A stretch of DNA of 64,000 bases from Vicugna vicugna (GCA_013265495.1 MU057887.1:197985-261984), one strand, 5' to 3'. Shown: positions 37,990-51,189, numbered from the stretch's first letter. Numbers and translations are program-made. Notes: generated by a model from the letters alone, not told the origin.

Positions 37990-38975
37990 TTATTAAGTCC
38001 TGAAAAGATACTAGAAATGATACAATGTGTGACATTTAAAGAGTAACAATACCACCTGTGTACGAAGTGCCCAGCTTAAGGAAAAAGAATAAATGGCCCT
38101 TCTGACTGAGATGGACCCCATTCTGTCTATGGAGTGTGTGTATACTGAGCGCCCAACCCGCACATCTTGTGGCCCTTTTCTGGCCTTCTGAAGCAGCCTG
38201 CATTCTGTCTATGGAGTGTGCATCTCTCTGAATAAATCTGTTTTTACTCAAAAAAAGAAAAGAAAAAGAATAAATGAACACCAGCTTTGAAATATCCTTG
38301 CCTGCCCTCCCTATTCCCTCCCACATGCAGGTAATAGCTATTTCATATTTATTGTTCTCTGACTTCCCTTTATAGTTTACCAAACACATTTATAAAAACA
38401 TATATTGTTTTATTTTGCATGTTTTGAACTTTATGTAAAGGGACTCATACAAAGCCTTGTTCTGCACCTTCCTTTCTGGACTCAATTACATGTTCCTAAG
38501 TTCACTGTTGTCACTGCACATGGCCTGGCTTGTCCCTTTTCTCTGTCAGACAGGCCAGGCATGTCCCTGTTTATCCAACTCCCCTCAGAGACATCTCAGT
38601 TCTCACCACTTTCGTTTGTTTTGGCTGCTAGAGAAGAGCAGGTCTCCAAGTACACCTGTGTAAGAATTTCTATAAGATATACACCTAGAAGTGGGGTTTC
38701 TGGTCAGGGGAAATGTGTATCGTCAGCTTTACTAGGCGACTCCAAACTGTTTTCAAAATTCTCCAATTTCTGGCCCACAGCACTGCCCAGAGTTCAGGTG
38801 GCTCGCACACTCACCAGCCCCGGGCAGCGTCAGCACCTCCCATCAGTGTTAACCCGACAAGGAGGAAATGGAATCTCACTGAGGTTTTCATGAGCATTTC
38901 CTTGTCTCCTGCAGGGATGAGCATCTTCTCACATGTTCATTAACCAAGCTTTTTCTTTTCTAAGAAGGCTTGTCC
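37990..38975 (-). mobile_element. Old L1ME-like fragment interrupted at 38096-38261
   Basis: Reverse L1 3' text: tttgcatgttttgaactttatgtaaa...atatacacctagaagtgggg...tcagctttactagg...ccaaactgttttcaaa...gcatttcc...gagcatcttctcacatgttcatta. Confidence 0.7.
38096..38261 (+). mobile_element. Retroposed, polyadenylated LTR-derived fragment (MER41/ERV1-like R region) with a 15-bp TSD
   Basis: gaaaaagaataaatg at 38081-38095 and 38262-38276; AATAAA at 38231; A-rich tail at 38250-38261; internal repeat cattctgtctatggagtgtg at 38119 and 38201. Confidence 0.8.
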
Positions 38976-39924
38976 AAACCTCTAGTTCCCGTAGGAAAGC
39001 TTTGGATCATGGTTTCATTCCAAGGGACCAAACACGTGTCCTTTGGGGGACTCTATAGGCTAGTGCTCTGTGTGGACTCTGCCCGGAGTCCCACAGTGAG
39101 GCAGCCCACCCCTCCATCCTAGGCACCTTGCCTCACAGGGCAGCTGATTTTCCCAGTTCGCAGCTAAACTTTTTTTTTTTTTTTTGCTGCTTCACTCCAA
39201 TAATAATCTCTTAAACTGAAGTTGCACTTTGTTCAGAAAGCGTTTCCTCAAGCGGTATCCCTTTCCAGCTCCCCTCAGCACTCCCAGGACATGGCCTCGG
39301 GCAGCTCTGGACCAACACCCCGTGGTGGGCAGAGCACATCTGTCTTACTCTGCTGCACATGCAGTGCCTGGTCAGGGCGCGGTACAGATCTGGAGCCCAG
39401 AGGGCCCTCCTGCCAGTCTGGGGGCCATGGGAAATGGGAAGGAGCTGCTGTCTGGGGCTGCCCCTCTGAGCAGCCCTGGCAGATGCTGCTTCTGGCGCCA
39501 AGTCCACCCGTGATGCGAGGGAAAGGGTGGCCACACTCCAGAGGCTGCTGCGGTCTCTAACGTGCCCAGGCAGCCTGGGGGCATCGGGCAGCCTCCTCCC
39601 AGCCACAAAGATGCCCCTTAATGCTCCTTCCTGCAGTCCCTGGAGGGTAGCCAGAAACAGAAAGGAAACATGGTCTCACCTCTGCCCACTTTTCTCTTCA
39701 CCTCTCCCTCACTCTCCCCCAAAAGATGCACTGCACCTCTGTGCCTGGGTCTTAACCACCAAGAGGCTCACCCCTCCGGCTCCTTCCCACCTCAGAGGCA
39801 GACTTGGCATCCATGATCAGCTCTGTTTACAGCACCGAGTTTTCAGAAACTTTATCTCACTAAAGCCTCTGAGATGCCCCGAGTTTACATGTTTGGGCTT
39901 CCAAAATACCTCTTAGCACTTGGC

Positions 39925-40062
39925 CTTTTTCTTTTTTTAAATTGAGGTGAAATTCACATAACATAAAAAGAACCATTTTAAAGTGGCATTTAGTACATTC
40001 ACAAAGTTGGGCAACCACCACATCTATCTGGTTCCAAAACATTTTCTTCATCCCCCAAGAAG
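39925..40062 (-). mobile_element. L1MB-like 3' terminal fragment
   Basis: ttttaaattgaggtgaaattcacataacataaaa...gtggcatttagtacattcacaaagttgggcaaccacca...ttccaaaacatttt. Confidence 0.8.
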
Positions 40063-43000
40063 CAACTGGCTTTTTTCTGCAGGATGTCTGCTTGTCTGGC
40101 GCCCCCACAGGAAGACTGCGGAGTCTTGGGCATTTCCATCCCATCTCCTCTTCTTGTTGAAAGTCACTGACAACATACACTGAGGTCAATTAACTTGTAA
40201 ACATGCAGTCACGCAGTCCCATATGCCAGCACCTTACAGAATTCCCGGCAGGCACCGTAAAGGTCCTTGCTGCAGCCCTGGCCGGGCCTGAGATGCCGCA
40301 CAGGCCCGGGTACCAGGGCAAGAGGGCACAGGTAAACCTGAGTGAATGGAAGGTTTGAACGAGCCGTGCTGTGATGGAGACCCATCAGTGGTGCCAAAAC
40401 TGGGCAGACTGGGAGGAGTTCAGGCTCCCCAAACGTCAGGCCCACAGCCCCCTAAACATCTCGAAGTCACTCTGCACAACACAAGCAGGTCTGGTACATG
40501 TCTGCGATGTGACTCATCAGCTGTTACTCAGACTTGCCGACAACCGGGCCGGGGTCCCAGGCCCCCCGGGAGCCGAGCCCCTTCACCAGGGTAGAAGTGC
40601 CCTCCCAGGCTAGCCCGGGACCAGGAAGCGACATCTGTCACCCGGCACTGCCACCCAGAGTCATGAGCACAGCTAATTACCACTAATTGTAATATCGTTT
40701 CTGTCTTGCTAATACATTTAGACTTGCTCATCAAATCAAGCCATTCCACCTTGCCCTGCTGCTTTCAAATAAACATTTCTGCAAAGCGAGAAATAAGTAA
40801 GTAGCTCCCAAGCTTTGTTCCCTCCTCCCTGTAGCCACTGTCTGAAGAGACATGGGGGTGGGGGTGCTGGGAGGGGGTACCGTTTATTTGTCTCTGGGAC
40901 CAAAGGCACAGAAGGAATCTGATGAGGAACCAGCCTGCACTGTCCAGAGCTTCCAAAGAGAGAGGGAGACAGAGGGGAAGAGATGCCTGGGGGGCACTGG
41001 GAGGGAAGGAGGGAAGTGGAAGTAGAGGAAGGAAGGGAGGGAAGGAGGGAGGGAGGGAGGGCAGGAGAAGACGGGAAACTATCATAAGGCAGCCTGCAGG
41101 CTGTTACGCACTCCCCCTGTGTCACACCACCCTCTCTGGGATGCAGTCTCCTGTGGCCTCGGCTGGACTGGTGGCTCCTTCTCGGGACCCTCTCAGACCT
41201 CTGACATCCCCACTTCCACTCCTCAAGTTGGCTACTCTGATCTGTGGCAAACCCAGCTGTGAGCTGGTCAAGGGTGGGGACTCTGTGCTGCTGGCCTGTG
41301 TTCCCAGCACCGCCCCTCAGGAAACACACTCCCTCCCTGCTGAACAGACAGCCTAACCATCAGGCAAACGCCACTCTCCGTGTTTGCAGATGAGGACACC
41401 GGGGTCCTGAGGATGCTAACGACCAGCCTGGAGTTTGTGATCAGCAAAGAGCAGGACCTCAGGGACAGTCCCGGGAGGGTCTGGCCCTGAACCTGTGCTC
41501 CTTCAGGAGAGGGGCAGGGGGAGGGTGGCCCTGGCTCCGCTGCGGCCCTAAACAATAGCTACACAGGGACCTGTGAGGAAGTGTGAAGGCCACAGGGTGC
41601 TCTGCTCAAGGACACACCAGAGAGATTCCGAGAATTCTGGAATGGAAACTGACAAAGGGTTGACCATGAATGCAACTTAATATAAATGCATCCAGTTACT
41701 ATAGCAATCCTGCAGAAGAATTTCCTCACCCCGACACATCCACCCCGCTGCTGAGAGAGGGGCTCACGTTATGCCAGGAGGTCAGCGGATCACAGAGCTC
41801 CTCAGCCACGGCCCTCAGCCTTTGCCTCAGCAAACGCCAGCCTCGAGATGCAGGGGTGGGTGGGGTGGTGGAAAGAGGTCCTTAGCTGGGTCTGCTGGCC
41901 TGGCCTGGCCTGGCCAAGTCATCTCCCCACTCCCAGCCCCAGCATTTCTGCCCGGATGAGAGGGACTGTCTGGTGTTCCCATCCTCTCTGCTTGTTTATT
42001 TGATGGCAGAAGTGAGGGAGGGAGGGAAGGGATGAAAGCATGGAGCCTCTGCAAAGGCTGGTTTGCAGCAGGGAGAGTAGAGAGGAGGGACAGGTGAGAA
42101 CAAGCCCTGACTCTGGGCGGCACATTCTCGCCAACATCACCAGCAATCCCGTGAGGCTGCTATTACTCAACCCATTCCACAGATGAGAAGCCTGAGGCTT
42201 GGAAGTCATCCAACCACCATAAGAGGAGGCAGGACTGTCAGCCGGGTCTGGACCACTCCAAACCCGTGTTCCTCCCACTGCTGCACAGAGTCCTCCAGCA
42301 AATTGGCCCGCCTGGCATCTCGTAGCCACTGCTTCTGCCCGAGCGATACCCACGCGGCTCACATACATAACTAAAAATGAGAAGCACATCCCGCATCAAA
42401 TGAGGCTGTCAATTTCAATTAATTTCAGACTTTGTGTGTTTCTGGCAATTATTTGTAACAAGGTTTACAGAGGGCATTTAAAATTAATTGTGATTTTTAT
42501 CTAGAAATCAATGCTTATTTTTTAAGCAGCTCATTAGGGGTAAGTATGTATTACAGGAGCAGCAGGCTCCATGGCAAGAAGGAGGCACCTGGGGCCAGGA
42601 GTGAGCAGCCAGCAAGGGAAGATGTCTCAACTGGAAGGCTGAGATCAAAGCCAGCGGGATTGAGACATGAAGCTCCAGAAGACAAAACGAGGTCTGATTC
42701 AGATGGAATGAAGGCAAAGTTTAACAGCCTGAAGCAGGAGAGGAGGGCTGGGCTCCCTTCACCCCTCACCTTGGCTGTGGCTCTCGGGCCGGTCCAGCCG
42801 TCCCAGCCACCTGGCTCCGGGGAGACTCGCCAACTCAGCAAAGGCTGCAGGGACTGGGAGTGGCAAGGTCCCTGCGTGGAAGGCAGAGCAAAGGCTGTGA
42901 GGAAGGGCCACCCCCAGGCCACCGCAACCAGCCTGGAGGAGCCAGGACATGGCACCTGGCACCCAGGCCAGAGGGCAGGTAATGAGGACAGTGAGATGAT

Positions 43001-43422
43001 TTCTGTGTTTGTTTTGCTTTGAAGTGTTAAAAGAAATATGTTTAAAATTCAACCTAGAAAGACCGATGCAGACGAACAGAAATGTGTAAATACATAAAAC
43101 AAGAGAGAAAACCGCCTAACATCACAGACAAGCTACAAATTGTAAGCCCTCCTTCTACCCTTCCCCCTTTACACAAAGACATCGCATGATTAAAATCGAG
43201 TGAAGTCCTCTGAGTTTTAATAATAAAACCACTAGTATTTGCACAGGCCTTACAGCTTATAAAGATATTACTAGTTCCATTCTGCAGGCAGGGCAAATTA
43301 GGCTCGGGAAGTTTCCACGCCTTACCGAAGTGTGTGAGATGAGTCATCTGGGAACTTGGGGCCTGGCCTCTCCTTTCAGGCCCTCATCTCCTCAGTGTTC
43401 CCCCGAGGTTAGCAAGGTATGA

Positions 43423-43563
43423 CAATCACCACCACCACCACCATCACCACAAACTCACTACCATCGTCACCATCACCACGTCACCATCACCAGTACCACA
43501 ATAAACGTCACCATCACCATCATCACTACCATCACCACAATGATCACCGTCACCATCATCACA
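43423..43563. repeat. (CAC/CAT)n low-complexity repeat
   Basis: accaccaccatcaccac...catcaccatcatcactaccatcacc. Confidence 0.9.
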
Positions 43564-44756
43564 AGAGGAAAAGACCCAGCAAGGACTGAAGAAGCATGCT
43601 GTCCGTACCTTTCTGTTTTGTCAGGTGGCCAGGGAAAGGGCTATCCTCACCCAGAGCCCTGGTTCTCACACTTCAGGGGCCCCAGAATCTTGTGGGGAGC
43701 ATGTCACACACCCTCTTGGGCCCAGCGGTGGGGCTCCTGGTTCCACAAGTGTGAAGTAGCACCAGGCACCTGCTGGCAGATGGAGCTCCGGGCAGATTCA
43801 GATGCAGAGAGTCACGGGGCAGGCTCTGGGGGACCCTGAGAGAAGATCCAATCAGGGCCTGAGACTTTGCAAAGGCTGAAAACACTAGTTGAGAGGAGAG
43901 GATCACCGGAGAGTTAAACATACATGTTAAGGAGCAATTATATCAGTGAAAGTACTTGACATGTATGCTTATCTGTGTTCAGTCTGGCTCCACAATTTAC
44001 CAACTACATTTTCAAGGTGGGAGGACTACATATCTTGTTGTTATTTTTCATTTTAAAGTTTTAATTTTCAAGAAGAATCATACACCGTTTTCCACGCCTG
44101 GGATTTCCTTCCAGAATTTCACGGTCATCTGCCGGCAGCGAACAGAACGGCAGGCTCAGACAGACGAGGAACAGACGACTCCAAGGAGCGGACCTGGGAT
44201 TGTTCAGATCTACCAAGTGGCATCAAAAGGCACACAAAAAACTGCAAAAAAAGACACACTTGCATCGGAACACACTATCTGAGTCCCACAGTCTTTAAAA
44301 GTAATGTCAGCAGCATCTCGTACTTCACATCATCTTGTCATTAATTATGTCGGGGGCTCCAGGGAGGGACACAAGGGACTTTGTTGCTTGGGTGTGCCAA
44401 CCTCAGTGACTTGAGAACTTGTAAAGCTTTTTGCTTCTTCTTGATACAAATATCTTGTCTTTAGGACAGAACGTAACAGCAGTGACATTTCCATCACATT
44501 TCCAGGCTCTCAGGCACACCTGTCATCCGTTACATACAATGGAGCTGCTGTGTGCCCACATCAGACACGGACGTTCGACTGAGGAGTCTGAGCACCACAA
44601 AGCAGTGAAGCCAAGACGGACCAGCCTCTGACACGTGTCTGCTCCCTCCACTGCACAGTGGGGATAAAACTTCCTCACAAGGACGTGCTGTGATGATAGG
44701 TAAGTTAAACTGGAAACCACTTCGACCGACTGCGGGAAGTGGTCAATAAACGGAAG

Positions 44757-44886
44757 CTGCCACCATCATCACTGACGTCATCACCATCATCACCACTAGC
44801 ATCACTGTCATCACTGTCACAGCCGTTATCCCCATCCCCCATCACTGCCGCCACCACCACCGTGACCGTCATTACCACCACCATGA
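44757..44886. repeat. Degenerate (CAC/CAT)n low-complexity repeat
   Basis: caccatcatcactgacgtcatcaccatcatcaccac...accaccaccatg. Confidence 0.85.
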
Positions 44887-46025
44887 TCCCGTCCAGGCGA
44901 ATCCAGAGGTGCCTTTCTTGAGGGTAAGGAGCTGATCTGGGCTTTGGGGGATGGGCAGGATCTTGCTCAAGGGAAGAGGGCAGTCCAGGCAGGAGCGCCA
45001 CCCTAGGCAAGGCCCGTCACCCACAGGCACCAGTCTATCTGGGAAACGGTCAGTGGTTCCATGCCAGGAGATGAGGCTGAGGAAATGATCTGAAACCAGA
45101 GAATGAAAGGCCCTGGCTCTCGACAGCAAAGACTTTGTGACGCTTCTTCCTCAGGTCACTGACTTACAGACTGTGTTCCCTCGAGCCCCAGGTGTCTCCC
45201 ACCTGCCAGAGGCCCTGCAGTTGGGGGTAGAGGGCAGGCTGTGCGCTGGGACCCAGCTCAGCACAGCAGCCCTGTCTGACTCAACTCGCTGGGGCAAGGG
45301 GCTCAGGAAGGCGTGAAGTTCTTGCTGTGGGCAATGGGGAGGGAGTTGGGGGGGGCGGTCGTTTTCAAGCACAGAGAAGTAACGTGAGGGAAGGATACCC
45401 TTGGTGACGGTGTGGAAGACAGACTGGAGGCAGAGAGCAGTCAGGAGGCTGCTGGGAGGTGAACCAGAGCAGCAGAGGCGGGAAAAGTGAGCGGAACAGT
45501 TAGGAGGTGAGATTGGCAAGACGACAGTGGGAGCTGGGAGCAGAGATGAAAGCCAAGGCCAGCAGGACCCCCAGAGAGACGGATGCTTCGGATACTCAGC
45601 ATCGGAGGGTACCGGTCTGGCCTCGAGACACACGATGAGAGCTCGCTTCTCCAGGGCCCTCTCCGCGCACCAGGCTCTGTGCAGAGCTCTATCATCCATC
45701 GTTCTGCCCCATCCTTCCAGCTCTGCAAGGCAGGTGCCCCTGTCACCTCTGCTTCACAGGTGAGTAGAGGGAAGCTTAAGAACAGTCAATAATTTGCTTG
45801 AGGTCACAAGACTAACAAGGGTCAGAGATGGGACCTGAGAGTTGAAACTGCACAGTTGTTGAGGCTCAGGATTTGGAGCAAGAGCTCTCCCAGTCCTTTG
45901 ATCCCCTGAGGCACTGACGGTGCCATCTCTGGTCATCACTCCCTGTTCCCAGGCTGCTGTGAACCTGCTCTCCATGTAACAAGTCACGCCCTGACAGCAG
46001 GTACCGAGGCTTACGGTTCTTAAAT

Positions 46026-46053
46026 CTACGGAGCCCCTAACAACACACACACA

Positions 46054-46092
<39 letters not shown>

Positions 46093-46388
46093 TCACTTAG
46101 TGGTTCACTGATCAAAAAGGCCTCCGCCAATGGGCAGATGGAAGAATGGAAGTATGGGAAGTAATGGACCTCAAGATAAGGGGGACCACTCTGAAGATCA
46201 GAGTTGTCCAGACTACGGAGCCCCTAACAACACACACACAGAGACACACACACACACACACACACTGCATCACTTAGTGGTTCACTGATCAAAAAGGCCT
46301 CCGCCAATGGGCAGATGGAAGAATGGAAGTATGGGAAGTAATGGACCTCAAGATAAGGGGGACCACTCTGAAGATCAGAGTTGTCCAG
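46026..46388. repeat. Tandem duplicate (46026-46211 and 46213-46388), each copy with a (CA)n microsatellite of different length
   Basis: Flanks are identical (ctacggagcccctaacaa...gagttgtccag). The copies differ only in the CA/GA tract, 186 vs 176 bp. Confidence 0.96.
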
Positions 46389-48116
46389 GCCTGGATGGAC
46401 TTGTTTGGAGATAGTAAGCTCCTAAGATAGAAAGATCTCAACCCAGTGGGAATGATAAAGAGGGAATTCTTGGAGAATTTGCCCAGCATTTTGTCAGATT
46501 TATTTAGGAAGCAGAACCTGAAGATAACGCTTTGCAGAACACCATGAACCCCTGATGTACCTGGTCCCACCAGGAGCAGACTTCAGGAGCACAGCACTGC
46601 ATCTACCTGCGCGCAAACACACAGAACGCTCGCAGGCCTCCTCCCAAGTCTTCCGAGAAACCACAGCAACTGTAAATCTTCGCCCACTACTTCTTACGTC
46701 ACTCTGTCCTCTGCTAGAGCCCAGACACCAAAAGTTTAAGAAATACTAACGCAAGAAGAAGTTTAATGAAGAAAAGCGGCTTACTACTCATTCCTGCACG
46801 TCAGAGGAAGGCTGTATTAAAGTCAGCAGGGGCGTTCCTCGCCCTGGCCCTGGCCACGTCCACGCAGCACAGGGACACAGAGAAGGAGGGGTCTTCCCGG
46901 AGATGGGGTCCCAGCTGGCGGCTCTGTGGCTGCATGCGGCCCCCTCCTCCAGCTAGACTGTTGGCTCTGCCGGCCTCCATCCACGCACATAGCAAGAGGA
47001 CTCACCTGGGGACATGGGACAGAGTTCCCCCTGGTTTTTCCGTGCTGGCCAGGGGGTCGGCTGGGTTTGGAGGGGGAAGGGACTGCTGAGAACCCTGGAC
47101 TTCACTCTCCTGGTCCCTTCCAAAGCGCACTTAGTAAACATGTCCACTGAGCAACCTAGAAAAGGAAGCTGTGGCCGGGGCGGAGAAGGGGCTGTCCGGC
47201 CGAGTTAGAGAGGCCACCTCCCGGGCGGAGGGCATCCTGCCTGGCCTGGTCCAACCCCGCGTGCAAACGCGCCTGGCACCCCCCGCTCCCAACCGCTCAG
47301 GCATCGGTAAGTCGTGACCTCCTGGGGCAGCCAGCTCTCTCTGTGCACACCCTGATTCTTAGGAAGTCTCTGAGGTTAAACCAAAATTCAGCTTGGTGTA
47401 ACTCCCGCCCCTCCATGCCCTCTGCAGTCTCAGGAAGTGCGGCTAACACCCCCTCCAGGGGAGATTCCGCAAGTGTTTGGACAGAGCCACCCGCAGCCAC
47501 ATCCCAGGGAAGGACAGCGCTGCCCTGACTGCCGGGACGGAGCAGGTGCTCGGGAGGATGGTGGTGGCGGCACAGAGCCGCGGGAATAGCTGGAGCCCTG
47601 AACCGCCCGCCTAGAAGTGGTAAGAGGGTGAGCTGTGCATGCGTGCATTTCACAATTAAAATAAAAAATTTTTTAAAAAGAAGGAATTGAGATCCTGCAG
47701 TAAAGCTGAGCTCACAGGTGCCCCTGATGATGGAGGAGGTTCCGAGGGCTGCCGGCCTGGTGCTGCCCAGAACCACGTGCCTGGTGGGGAAACTCCAAGG
47801 CCGGCTCTGCCCACAGGCCACCAGGCAAAGAGCTGGCATCTGATCTCCGGCCGCTGACCTGCCAAGCTCGCAGAGGCAGAGGCAGGATGTGGCGCCAGGT
47901 GTGCCACCTCAGAGGCCACTCTCATCGCGGCTCATCCCGTGCCTCGTCTGGACTCTAGGACCTGCGGTCAGGGTGGGGGCGGGAAGTATGTGTGCAAAGG
48001 AGCCACCTGGGCAGGAGACTTGCTGGGTAACTAGCTACACAACATGGCAGGATGACATCCCGCCTGTTGCCACATGACCCTCAGGGCCTGCAGGCTGGAC
48101 TTACCATTGTGTTTTT

Positions 48117-48238
48117 GTGGGGGGAGGGTAATCAGGTTTATTTATTTATTATTTTTTAATGGAGGTACCAAGGACTGAACCCAGGATGTCGTGCATGCTA
48201 AGCACGCGCTCTACCACTGAGCCCTCCTCCCCTTCCCC
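48117..48238 (-). mobile_element. tRNA-Ala-derived SINE (camelid Vic-1-like) with TSD
   Basis: Minus strand reads gctcagtggtagagcgcgtgcttagcatgcacgacatcctgggttcagtccttggtacctccattaaaaaataataaataaataaacctgattaccctcccc. TSD ttgtgttttt at 48107-48116 and 48239-48248. Confidence 0.88.
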
Positions 48239-48942
48239 TTGTGTTTTTTCATCTCACCCTCACAATTACCCTCCGAGATAGACAGGGAAGGGTCACCCCA
48301 TTTCACAGATGCAGAAACTGACTCAGAAGATCAAAGCTTACCCATCAGGGGATGCAGTGGGGACGTGGTACCCTCACACTCAGTCCAACAGGGACACCCC
48401 TGCCTGTCTGTCCCTGAGACGCCGAGGGCCACACCACATCAGGTACGGGTGAACCTCAAATGACACATACACCTACAGCACCCCGGGGAGCTGGGGTGCC
48501 AGGTGAGCGGGGAGTTCTGCCTCAGTGGCAGCCAGCAGGCCCCACAGCCGGCGCAGCGGCTGGGAACCAGACACCCGGGATTCACTTCAGTCCCAGAGCC
48601 GAGGCCTTGGATGAGGCACTGTAGCCGCCGCGTCTCAGTTTCTTCCCCTGAAAAATGGGGACAGGAGTAGGACTCACAGAACTGTTGGAAGAAGTAAAGG
48701 CGTATTCTCACCTGCCATGGGGAGCGCTGGCTGCACCCTCCCACCCGCAATGGGTAACATGGGCAGAAGACACAGCCAGACTCCCACGACACAGCACAAC
48801 GTCAGTGATTTCCCCGTCTCAGCTCCGGGCTGCAGGGAGGGGAGGGACGGCGCTGCTGGTGGGGACAGCGTGGAGCAGACCCCCCCACCTTGCATCCCTC
48901 AACTGTAACCTGAGGCAGACGGGACTAGCTTCGCCTGGCAGG

Positions 48943-49356
48943 TATAGCAGGGTAGACAACAAAATTCATGTCTGCCCAAAACCTCACAGTGGGTCCTTAT
49001 TTGGAAATTGGGTCTCTGCAGACAGGATTAGTTGAGATTATACTGGACTGGAGGGGGGCTAAATCTAACAACTGGGGTCCTTATAAGGAGAGAAGACATG
49101 GACTTAGAGGAAAGACAGTCCAGCGAAGACAGAGCCAGAGACTGCGGTCATGCAGCCACAGCCCAAGGAGCCCCTGGAGTCCCCAGAGGCTGGAGGAGGC
49201 AGGAGGGATCCTCCCCTGGACTCTGGAGGGGGCGTGGCCCTGCCGGCACCTTGATTCCAGACTTCTAGCCTCCAGACCCCGAGAGAGTAAACTTCTGTTG
49301 CTTTAAGCTGCCCAGTTTGTGGCACTCTGTTACAGCAGCTACAGGAAGCTCACACA
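48943..49356 (+). mobile_element. MLT1C-like MaLR solo LTR
   Basis: aaaattcatgtc...ccttatttggaaat...ccttataaggag...atgcagccacagcccaagga...ggccctgccggcaccttgattccagacttctagcctccaga...tttaagctgcccagtttgtgg. Flanked by gcagg/gcaga, a 5-bp TSD with one mismatch. Confidence 0.88.
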
Positions 49357-51189
49357 GCAGACGAGAAAGCTCAGACTCAGGGAAGGGAAGTAACCGGCCC
49401 AGGTCCCCGGGCTCAGGAGCAGCCGAGACAGGCCAGATGGTCCCCTGGCCCTGTTTCTGCCCGTGTGCCGCCCTCCCCGATGTCCACTTCATCCAGAACC
49501 CTTCCCATCCCCCGCTTACAGGCTCGCTGATCAGGAGGAAAGATTTGCAAATGTCCCCACTTCCGCCGTATCCAAAAGAGTGTCATTACAGGAAAGAAGT
49601 CCAGATAAAAATACTCAAACCCAGAGTGCGCTGGGGGAAGACTGCACATCCACGAGGCAGCCTCCGAACCGGTCGGCCGCCCATCTTCCAGGCCAGGGGG
49701 CGCCGTCCCTCCTACTGGCCAGCAAGGTGCCCTGCTCCCGGCACCCCCTTTGCCTTTTCCATCAACGAAACAAAGCCGAAGAGAAGCAAACAGCCTTGGA
49801 AAAGTGGGTCAGTACATTCCTCCCTCCAGTCACCAAACAGAGGCGGGGAGGGGGGATAAATTACTGTGCCCAAGTCCAGCTGCACCAGGATGTCATAAAA
49901 TGTGCTGCTAAGATACAAGCGCCAAAGAAGTTCATCAAAGGACACTTTAACCCACGCTGCCAGGCGCTTCTCCCTTTAAAGGCTGCTTATTTGGTACTGT
50001 CCCTCGTGTTTATAATTAGATCTGCAATATGAGAGCTCGGGCCCCATTCAAGCCCACTCAGCAGAACTCATTAATAAACTAACTTCCAAAGAGCCACCGC
50101 CTTCTGCCAGGGCGGTGGGGGGGGGGCTGTTTTATTTACAGAAACATATTTGAGCTCCACTTACTTATCTAAACAAGAGACAAAGGCTCTTGAAGAACCT
50201 CAGCGGCCCTCCAGCTGCACCACTGGCTGCTCCCCCTGGAGCTGGGGTCTCTAGGGTGGCGGAATCCCAGGCCCCAGGGCTCACGATCAGACTCCCATCA
50301 CCGCAGAACTGGAAGGTTATCCAGCCTGAGCGCTCAGTCAGGCTCTGACTCGCCACGCGGGAGGGTGAATGGGGGACATGGGGGTGAAGGAGGCGGGAGA
50401 TTACCAGATCGCAACCCAGTGTGATGGAGCCGGCTGCAGGGACACCAGATCCCGTCAGGGAGTCAGGACAAATGCCCACCTCAGCCAGGCCTGGACGACG
50501 AAGGAGGAGCCAGGGGTCCGGGGCTTGGGGAGGGGACTCAGAGGGCCCCCAGAGGAGGAGATCTGGGTCTGGCCTGTGGGAGTGTCCTTGGACCAACAGC
50601 GTTTAGAAAAGGCCTTAATGCACAGCCCACGTCCAAACTGCAGATTCCACGTAAGCGTGGGTTTCTGGCTTCTCTTGAAAAAAATCAAACAAGCAGGCTG
50701 CCTGGGGCTCCTGCCTCGTGATAACAGGGGTGGTGCTGGGCCTCCCTGGCCCCCACACTGCCCACAAGGCACCATCTCTCCAGCAGGCCTGGCCTTGGCA
50801 GGACCACACGGCAGGACCACTTGCCAGCCCCCAGCGTTAGAGCCTGCAGTCCTGCAACGGACCATCTCAGGTGACACTTGGGCAAGGGTGGGATCCTGGA
50901 TGAGCCACAGACCTCACTCAGCACAGGGACCACCGGCCTGGTCTCCTATCCAGCTCCTGCTTCCCCTCTGCTGAGCAGGTGTTGATTCGGCTGTTGAAGG
51001 TCTCAGAATGACCAATTCTGTCCCCAGGCAGATCCCTCTGGAAGGGAATTCCTCCAGACTGGAGCTGAAATGGGCCTTCTGGTACCTTCCAGCTTCTAGT
51101 CAAAATTCTGCCCCATGAAAGGTCTGCTTCTACATCACGGCCAGATGGCAATTTAAAGGCAGGGGTCAGTCATGCTGGAGAGGTCAGTC

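Noticed and set aside
48117..48238. tRNA-Ala gene
   Set aside because: The acceptor stem and T-arm are damaged, and it has an A-rich tail and a TSD. It is a SINE, not a functional tRNA.
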